A DNA stretch of 64,000 nt from Armatimonadota bacterium (GTDB lineage: Bacteria > Armatimonadota > UBA5829 > DTLH01). Below are positions 57,393-64,000 of the stretch, one piece after another (positions within the stretch are counted from its first letter, which is position 1; each line of letters begins with the position of its first letter). Both the position numbers and the translations under genes were made by a program. The stretch spans positions 64,001 through 128,000 of the forward strand of contig JBBRAE010000004.1 of NCBI GenBank assembly GCA_038207085.1, read 5' to 3'. The notes below the pieces were generated by a model. It was not told the DNA's origin and ran no database searches. It saw only the letters and a program-made list of their open reading frames with translations.

Positions 57393-58496
57393 GTGAATGA
57401 CTATATAATGCAGAGAATAAATATACTGTACATCATGCACGTGGACTGGGATTGGATCAAGCAGCGGCCGCACTTCCTCGCCGAGCAGCTTTCGGCGCGG
57501 TTTTCGGTCACGGTGGTCTACCCGTTCTCACGTGGCCGCTCACGCCTGACGCGAACCCCACGGGCGGGGCTTCGCATGCGCCCCGTGGTTGGCATCCCGT
57601 TCAAATACGTCTTTCCCGCGCTTTATCGCCTGAACAGGCTCTATCAGCGGGCATACATCGGGTTGCTGATTCGACTGATTCGGCCTGACGTGATCTGGCT
57701 CACTCACCCGTTTTGCGCGGACCTGGTCCCCTCCAAGCTCGCTTGCCACTTGGTCTACGACTGTATGGACGACGCACAGGCGCTAACCGTGGGGCGTCCT
57801 TTCGCAAAGAAGTGCGCACTGTCGCTCGAGCGCAGTCTGATTAAGCGCTCAGACCTCGTCTTTGTGTCGAGCGCGCACCTCGCCGATGTGCTTGACGAGC
57901 GTGAGCTGTGTCGGGAGAAGACCATCCTCCTGCGAAACGCCTATGACGGCAAGTTGCATCAGCCTGAGTCGCACGCGGGTGCTGGCGGCCGCCCCTATCG
58001 CATCGGCTACATCGGCACGATCGCCTCATGGATGGACTTTGACTCGATTCTCCACGCCCTCGAAAACGTTCCCGATATTGAGTTTGTGTTCTTTGGCCCC
58101 AAGGACGCTGATCTTGTCACGCCGCATCATGAGCGGCTGAAGTTTGCCGGTCCCGTCCCTCATTCGCAGCTTCATGAGGCCGTGCGCGACATCGACTGCC
58201 TTATCATGCCGTTTAAGGTAAACGACGTCGTACTTTCGGTCGACCCCGTGAAGCTCTACGAGTATATCAATTTTAACAAGCCGATAATCTCCGTGCTCTA
58301 CGACGAAGTAGTGCGTTTCTCACCGTTTGTGAGCTTCTACTCGGACCAAAGTGGACTTGCAAGCGCAATAAACGAGCTGAAAGCCTCGGGTTTTCGGCCC
58401 AAGTACGGCCCCGTCGAGCGCGAGCAATTCCTTCAGGAGAACACCTGGGACGTGCGCGGCAGGGTTGTTGCTGAGTCTCTGGAGCGGCTGATTTGA
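57393..58496 (+). CDS. Glycosyltransferase (TuaH-like, GT-B)
   Basis: WDWIKQRPHFLA, VYDCMDD, DPVKLYEYI. Confidence 0.88.
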   Translation: MNDYIMQRINILYIMHVDWDWIKQRPHFLAEQLSARFSVTVVYPFSRGRSRLTRTPRAGLRMRPVVGIPFKYVFPALYRLNRLYQRAYIGLLIRLIRPDVIWLTHPFCADLVPSKLACHLVYDCMDDAQALTVGRPFAKKCALSLERSLIKRSDLVFVSSAHLADVLDERELCREKTILLRNAYDGKLHQPESHAGAGGRPYRIGYIGTIASWMDFDSILHALENVPDIEFVFFGPKDADLVTPHHERLKFAGPVPHSQLHEAVRDIDCLIMPFKVNDVVLSVDPVKLYEYINFNKPIISVLYDEVVRFSPFVSFYSDQSGLASAINELKASGFRPKYGPVEREQFLQENTWDVRGRVVAESLERLI

Positions 58497-59533
58497 GCCG
58501 AGTTTGCGTAATAGTTCTTAACTGGAACGGCTGGCGCGACACCATCGAGTGCCTGGAAAGCCTCTTTAGAAGCGACTACACCGACTTTCGCGTGGTCGTC
58601 TGCGACAACGGCTCCGACGACGGCTCGGTCGAGCGTATCAGGGAATGGGCCGTGGGCCACTATTGCCTGGAAGCCGATGAGGAGAACCCCCTGAAGTCGC
58701 TTTCGAGCCCCCCTGTCACAAAGCCGATCCCCTGTGTTGTTTATGACCGAAGTCTGGCTGAGCAGGGTGGGGACCATTCATGGGAAGCGAAGCTCGTTGT
58801 TATCCGAAACGACGAGAACCTCGGCTACGCCGGAGGGAACAATGTGGGCCTCCGCTACGCGCTTTCCCGAGGAGACTTCGACTTCTTCTGGATACTTAAC
58901 AACGACACCGTGGTCTCCCCCGATGCGCTTTCCCGCCTTCTTGAGCGCACTGAGCACGACTCGGCTGTAGGCATCTGTGGCGCTACTCTGCTATACTATC
59001 ATCAGCCAGAGGTGGTGCAGGCCCGGGCGGGCGCAATCTACAACAAGTGGCTTGGCACAACTCGCCACATCGGGGCCTTCAAGAAGGCTTGTGAGCGAGT
59101 CGACCCGGCCAAGGTCGAACGGCGAATAAGCTATGTAGTCGGCGCGTGCATGTTTGTTTCCCGTGCGTTCCTGCAGGAAGTCGGCCTGCTCTCTGAAGAA
59201 TATTTTCTCTACTACGAAGAGATCGACTGGGTCGCCCGCGCGCGCGGACGCTTCCGGCTTGCCTGGTCGCCCGAGAGCCGAGTCTACCACAAGGAAGGCG
59301 GCGCAACTGGGGCAGGAAACCACTCTATTTGGAAGAAAAGCCTCTCGTCTGACAGGTATATGATCGAAAACCGGGTCAAGGTAACCCGAAAACACTGGCC
59401 TTACGCCCTGCCGACGGTCTATTGGGGACTTGTCTGGACCGCCGTCAACCGAATTCGCCGCAAGCAGTGGGACCGGCTCGGGATAGTCCTGAGTGCAATG
59501 CTGAGCGCTGGCCGCGTCCGGGACAAACATTAG
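58493..59533 (+). CDS. Glycosyltransferase family 2
   Basis: VLNWNGW.DTIECLES, DNGS.DGS, LNNDT, YFLYYEEIDW. Confidence 0.93.
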   Translation: MSRVCVIVLNWNGWRDTIECLESLFRSDYTDFRVVVCDNGSDDGSVERIREWAVGHYCLEADEENPLKSLSSPPVTKPIPCVVYDRSLAEQGGDHSWEAKLVVIRNDENLGYAGGNNVGLRYALSRGDFDFFWILNNDTVVSPDALSRLLERTEHDSAVGICGATLLYYHQPEVVQARAGAIYNKWLGTTRHIGAFKKACERVDPAKVERRISYVVGACMFVSRAFLQEVGLLSEEYFLYYEEIDWVARARGRFRLAWSPESRVYHKEGGATGAGNHSIWKKSLSSDRYMIENRVKVTRKHWPYALPTVYWGLVWTAVNRIRRKQWDRLGIVLSAMLSAGRVRDKH

Positions 59534-59553
59534 CCAAAGTTCACATAGAAGAT

Positions 59554-60864
59554 ATGGTTGAATTAAACACAGTTCTCCGAAAAGCGCGTATGCCGCTGAT
59601 ATACAGGCAGATATTCTGGATATTTGTCGTGTACTCGGTGCTCGGCAATCTTCCAAGATTTGGCAGCATTTCTATGTTCGGGGGACTGCCTATAACTGAG
59701 GTGCTCTTGTACGCCTCGGCTGTTGCGGTGCTCTTTATATGCCGCGTGCCGATACCTAGATATCTCTTGGCCATTTGTGCGCTTTTTATCGCATCGTGGG
59801 TTATGGGCAGCATCCTAAACAACGATGTTGGAATTATGGTGCACATTAGCGCCCTGATGTATGCGCTTAGAATATTGTGCATGGTCATCTGCGGCGCGTG
59901 CATTGGATGGCTGTTTTGGAAGTGGTCGGATGGAGACGGCATCGGCAGGCTCTATACCCGCATAGCTGTTGTTCAGGTTGCGATTGCCGTTGTCATATAC
60001 ATCGCCTTCCCCTCGTCTGAGGTGTTGTGGCTTGCTCTTGCGCGCTACGGCATCACATTCAAGGGAGACCCGCACATACGACGGCTTATCGGTCCTCACC
60101 TGGACCCTAATCTCTTTGGCAACATTCTGCTTTTGCCAATTTCCATTCTTATTGCAGCAGCACTTACGGGCAAGGGCAAGAAGTGCTACTTGTCGCTCGC
60201 GATCCTGCTTATTGCCGAGGTTCTGACATACTCCAGGACCAGTCTTCTTGGTATTGCGATGGTAGGCTGCTTCATTCCCACGTATCTGATAGCCCGCAGG
60301 TGGGGCAAAATCGATGTGATTCAGGCCCGCCTTGCAGTTCTTGCGATGGCTCTGGTTGTGCTCTTTGGGATTAGTGCTATCGCTGTTCCGGATGTAGTTG
60401 AGCGGCTTATAGGCAGGGTTACTTCCACTCCGACAGATGCATCTGCTTTACACCGTCTCAACAGCCTGGATTCAGGCGTCGCCTTCCTCGATCTTGGGAC
60501 AAACTGCTGGACGGGAGTAGGCTACAACTATATTTTTTACCATACCGAAAAAGAGCAAATACACGTTGCAGGAGCCTTTGACCAGTCAATAATGAACTTG
60601 TTCATCAGCATGGGGCTGCCACTTTCCGTTGTGGTGATCCTGCTTGTGATTATCTGGACGTCGCGCTCACTCGGCGGCTTGGTCGAGCGTGAGCCTTACT
60701 TATATGCCGCAGTCGCCAGTTATCTTCTCGCGAGTTTTGTGCTGAGTTTCTTCAACAATCTGCTGTTTTATGCTCCGTTTGTCGTGTCACTGCTTCCAGT
60801 TATGTGCTACGGCTACTACAGCGCAGGCGAAGCTCGTGCTGTGGTAGAGGAGGCTGAAGAGTGA
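59554..60864 (+). CDS. O-antigen ligase/Wzy polymerase-like membrane protein
   Basis: Multi-TM; RLIGPHLDPN.FG, LTYSRTS, DASALHR, TGVGYN. Confidence 0.8.
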   Translation: MVELNTVLRKARMPLIYRQIFWIFVVYSVLGNLPRFGSISMFGGLPITEVLLYASAVAVLFICRVPIPRYLLAICALFIASWVMGSILNNDVGIMVHISALMYALRILCMVICGACIGWLFWKWSDGDGIGRLYTRIAVVQVAIAVVIYIAFPSSEVLWLALARYGITFKGDPHIRRLIGPHLDPNLFGNILLLPISILIAAALTGKGKKCYLSLAILLIAEVLTYSRTSLLGIAMVGCFIPTYLIARRWGKIDVIQARLAVLAMALVVLFGISAIAVPDVVERLIGRVTSTPTDASALHRLNSLDSGVAFLDLGTNCWTGVGYNYIFYHTEKEQIHVAGAFDQSIMNLFISMGLPLSVVVILLVIIWTSRSLGGLVEREPYLYAAVASYLLASFVLSFFNNLLFYAPFVVSLLPVMCYGYYSAGEARAVVEEAEE

Positions 60865-61949
60865 AAGTTGCAATGGACACCCGAATGCTCTGTGCGCGCC
60901 CGACCGGCATCGGCAGGGTCGCCGAAAGCCTCGCGCGGGCGCTTGTAGAGATCGGTGAGTGGCAAGTATCAGTGTTCGGCGGTAACCCGCAGATTCCCTG
61001 CGTCACCTGCGAGCCCGTTCCGTTCGGCCACTTTTCCCTGAAGACCCACACCGTGCTTCCGGGGATCATCGCCCGAACCGGCGCAGACATCGCCCACTTC
61101 CAGTTCTATTCGGCCCCTTGGAGCGCGAAAACGCCCTTTGTAGTGACGATTCACGACACGATCTACTCGCACTTTCCCAATATCCTGCCGCCCATCGAGC
61201 GCGTTGCTTACCGTGCCCTGATGGCGCGGGTGATGAATCGTGCGAGCGCGGTGATCTGCCCCTCGGCCTGCACCCTCGCCGACATCCGCCGCTTCTTTCC
61301 CAGTATAGACGCAAGTAAGCTCAGAGTCGTCTACAACGGCGTCGATGGGCGTTTCATGCCGCTGGCCTCGGGTCTGGATCACGACCGCGCAAGGGCCGAG
61401 CTAGGCCTGCCGAAGCGCTACGTCCTGTATGTCGGGAACCACCGTCCGCACAAAAACGTTCCGGCGCTTGTCACAGCTTTTGCCCGTGTCGCCCGTGAGA
61501 CGCCTCACACTCTTGTCATGAGCACGCCTTCGGGCAAAGGCTCCGAGGCGACTCTTTCCGCGATCGAGCAGTCCGGTATCGGTGACCGCATCGCTTTCCA
61601 CGATATACCCGACCAGTCACTTCCGCTGATCTACGCGCTCGCGGACGCGTTCGTCTTTCCCTCGCTCTACGAGGGCTTCGGTCTTCCGCCGCTTGAGGCG
61701 ATGGCCTGTGGCGCGCCGACGATAGTGTCGGCTACGTCGTCGCTCCCCGAGGTTGTCGGCGACGGAGCGCTTCTGTTTGACCCCGATGACCACGACGCCC
61801 TCGCAGCAAAGCTCATCTCCGTGCTAACCGACTCCGAGTTTGCCCTATCGCTTCATGAACGTGGGGTAGGCCGGGCAGCTGAGTTTGACTGGAAGCACTC
61901 GGCTATGCAGACATCGGCAATCTACAATGAGGCGCTTGGGAAGGAATAG
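60861..61949 (+). CDS. Glycosyltransferase family 4
   Basis: [34 protein letters not shown]. Confidence 0.93.
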   Translation: MKVAMDTRMLCARPTGIGRVAESLARALVEIGEWQVSVFGGNPQIPCVTCEPVPFGHFSLKTHTVLPGIIARTGADIAHFQFYSAPWSAKTPFVVTIHDTIYSHFPNILPPIERVAYRALMARVMNRASAVICPSACTLADIRRFFPSIDASKLRVVYNGVDGRFMPLASGLDHDRARAELGLPKRYVLYVGNHRPHKNVPALVTAFARVARETPHTLVMSTPSGKGSEATLSAIEQSGIGDRIAFHDIPDQSLPLIYALADAFVFPSLYEGFGLPPLEAMACGAPTIVSATSSLPEVVGDGALLFDPDDHDALAAKLISVLTDSEFALSLHERGVGRAAEFDWKHSAMQTSAIYNEALGKE

Positions 61950-62013
61950 TGAGGCGGCCTGGCTAAGTAGCTCTAGGTGGCCTGCCTGCCGCCTTACAAC
62001 TGACACGGAGGTT

Positions 62014-63114
62014 ATGGAGATGAAAACCGCACTCGTGCACGAGCGATTGAACGTGCTTGCCGGGTCCGAAAAGGTTCTTTTTGCGGTGCATGACATCTTC
62101 CCTGAGGCTCCGGTTTACACGGCGATTTCCGACTCAGCTCTCACAAACGCTCACCTGCCCGGAGTCGATATTCATACTTCGTTTTTGCAGAAGCTGCCGC
62201 TCGTCGCGAAACACCACCAGAAGTTTTTGCCGCTTTACATGCTCGCCTTCGAGCAGTTCGACCTGACGGGCTACGACCTTGTGATCTCAAGCAGCCACTG
62301 TGCGGCCAAAGCCGTCATCACGCGTCCCTCGGCCTGCCACGTCTGCTACTGTCACTCACCGATGCGCTACGCCTGGGACATGCAGCACGCCTACACCAAG
62401 TATCAGGGCAGGCTGGTTCGTGGCGCGTGGGCGATGATGTCAAACTACGTGCGACTCTGGGACCTCGGTACAAGCTTCCGTGTCGACCGTTTCGTCGCCA
62501 ACTCTGCACACGTCGCGAGGCGAATACGCAAGTACTATGGCAAGCCCGCCGAGGTGATCTACCCGCCGGTCGACATCGATCGGTTTACGGTGTCAAGCAA
62601 GGTCGACGACTACTACGTTGTTCTTTCGCGTTTTGCGCCATACAAGCGGGTCGATATGGTGATCAAGGCGTTCAACAGGCTCGGCATCAGGCTCCTTGTG
62701 ATCGGAAGCGGCGAGCAGGAGTCTGAGCTAAAGAAGCTTGCTGGCAAGAACATAGAGTTTCTGGGCCACGTCCCGGACGCTGGAGTAGCTCAATATCTCT
62801 CCCGCGCTCGGGGTTCAGTCATTGCAGCCGAGGAGGATTTCGGCATCACGACCGTTGAAGGCATCGCCGCGGGCCGTCCCGTCGTCGCTTACGGGGTGGG
62901 GGGGTCAGCTGAGATCATCACCGACGGTGAAAATGGCGTGCTTTTCCACGAGCCGACCGTCGAGAGCCTTGTCGAGGCCGTTGGTCGCTGTGAGTCGCTT
63001 TCCTGGAACCCGGAGGCGATCAAACGCACGAGCGAGCGATTCGGCGCCGATGTGTTCAGGCGCGAGATGAAGTGCTTCGTCGAGCGCGCAATAGATGAGC
63101 ATCGAAGCCTGTAA
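62014..63114 (+). CDS. Glycosyltransferase family 4 (WbaZ-like)
   Basis: GSEKVL, YDLVISSS, YCHSPMRYAWD, EEDFGI. Confidence 0.92.
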   Translation: MEMKTALVHERLNVLAGSEKVLFAVHDIFPEAPVYTAISDSALTNAHLPGVDIHTSFLQKLPLVAKHHQKFLPLYMLAFEQFDLTGYDLVISSSHCAAKAVITRPSACHVCYCHSPMRYAWDMQHAYTKYQGRLVRGAWAMMSNYVRLWDLGTSFRVDRFVANSAHVARRIRKYYGKPAEVIYPPVDIDRFTVSSKVDDYYVVLSRFAPYKRVDMVIKAFNRLGIRLLVIGSGEQESELKKLAGKNIEFLGHVPDAGVAQYLSRARGSVIAAEEDFGITTVEGIAAGRPVVAYGVGGSAEIITDGENGVLFHEPTVESLVEAVGRCESLSWNPEAIKRTSERFGADVFRREMKCFVERAIDEHRSL

Positions 63115-63298
63115 TAGGCTTACGGATTATGTTTGGTCAAATCAATTAGAGGATAATACCTAGCAGACGCTTACCTTGTCATGATGTAAGCGGACCGCCA
63201 TAGAGTCGGTTCGCATCTTACACATCAAGCAGGTCTTGAGGGTGTTGACGCGTAAAGTGAATAGGCGCGGGTACCCTGCGGTAAAGTGGCATCGTTCA

Positions 63299-63379
63299 CT
63301 AACCCGCATTATTCACGAGTGGCGTGAATAATGCTCTGTTAGTGAAAGCTTTATTCGTGAAGCGAATAAAGCGGGCTAA
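63299..63379. repeat. Family C, full copy
   Basis: Both hairpin modules present. Confidence 0.88.
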
Positions 63380-63406
63380 TTGATAGTTCACCGGAGGAGA
63401 CTAGCA

Positions 63407-64000
63407 ATGAAGGAACGGGAACGGTACGATCTTCTGAAGCGGTGGCTTGACGTTGTGGGGGCTGCCCTGTCGTTGGTCGTGACTACGCCGTTGTTGGTTT
63501 TGGCGGCAATCCTGATAAAAAAAGATGGTGGGCCTGTCTTGTTTAGACAGCAGAGGCTAGGGCGGAACGGAGTCGCGTTCACGCTCTTTAAGCTGCGTAC
63601 TATGGTTCCTGACGCCCACCGCATGGAAACCGACATCAAACGCGAGCAGTCGAGCGATGGCAGTTACGGCGTGTGCGGTGAGTATTCGGACCCCCGCGTC
63701 ACCCGCATCGGTTGTCTTTTGCGACTTTTGAATATCGATGAACTCCCTCAGCTGCTGAACGTCATCTTGGGTGATATGAGCATGGTCGGCCCCCGCCCCG
63801 TGCCGTTACTGGAAAGCCTGCTCTACGGCCAGAGCCGCGAGGAGGTATACTCCGTGCGCCCAGGGATCACCGGCCACTGGCAGGTGAACCGTCGCATGTC
63901 CACCGGTTACGACGAGCGGGTAGGCATGGACCTGTTTTACGCCCGAAACAGGTCGCTTCTCTTCGACCTGAAGATATTCCTTCAGACACCGATCTCTATG
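63407..64000 (+). CDS. Priming sugar transferase (polyprenyl-phosphate glycosylphosphotransferase), 3'-truncated by window edge
   Basis: Absent from the ORF track; own translation gives KRWLDV, FKLRTM, DPRVTRIG, DELPQL.NV..GDMS.VGPRP, PGITGHWQV; GGAGGAG RBS. Confidence 0.93.
   Translation, partial: MKERERYDLLKRWLDVVGAALSLVVTTPLLVLAAILIKKDGGPVLFRQQRLGRNGVAFTLFKLRTMVPDAHRMETDIKREQSSDGSYGVCGEYSDPRVTRIGCLLRLLNIDELPQLLNVILGDMSMVGPRPVPLLESLLYGQSREEVYSVRPGITGHWQVNRRMSTGYDERVGMDLFYARNRSLLFDLKIFLQTPISM

Overview
A GC-rich bacterial chromosomal segment. The gene content (two DUF1559-like prepilin/H-X9-DG proteins, an expanded UroD-like family, secreted proteins ending in an OB-fold-like module) suggests Armatimonadota; this is an inference. 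Housekeeping genes are pdxS/pdxT, recA, smc and tRNA-Arg(UCG). There are also stress and signalling genes (three STAS proteins, PRC-barrel proteins, BON, a PAS-GGDEF-EAL protein, a PAS kinase), sugar-catabolism genes (AraC, LacI, ABC permease, GH31, beta-helix protein, three UroD-like proteins), a six-gene cluster of uncharacterised, mostly membrane proteins around a DUF6754-like gene, and a Wzx/Wzy polysaccharide cluster running off the right end. The most notable region is the gene-free stretch at 9.5-11.0 kb. On the minus strand it holds tRNA-Arg, an unassigned ~200-nt five-way-junction RNA, and a complete promoter + c-di-AMP riboswitch + terminator unit with no credible gene, which points antisense at a secreted protein carrying a toxin-like nuclease tip and no immunity gene. 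Other points of interest: a stand-alone cyanophycin-synthetase N-domain with an intact metal motif and structured leader; recA followed by a Rad52/Sak-like protein; a 3.8-kb islet bounded by 62-bp direct repeats; and at least six families of palindromic intergenic repeats, one with evidence of insertion at CTAG. All family assignments come from motif recognition by eye; no database searches were run.
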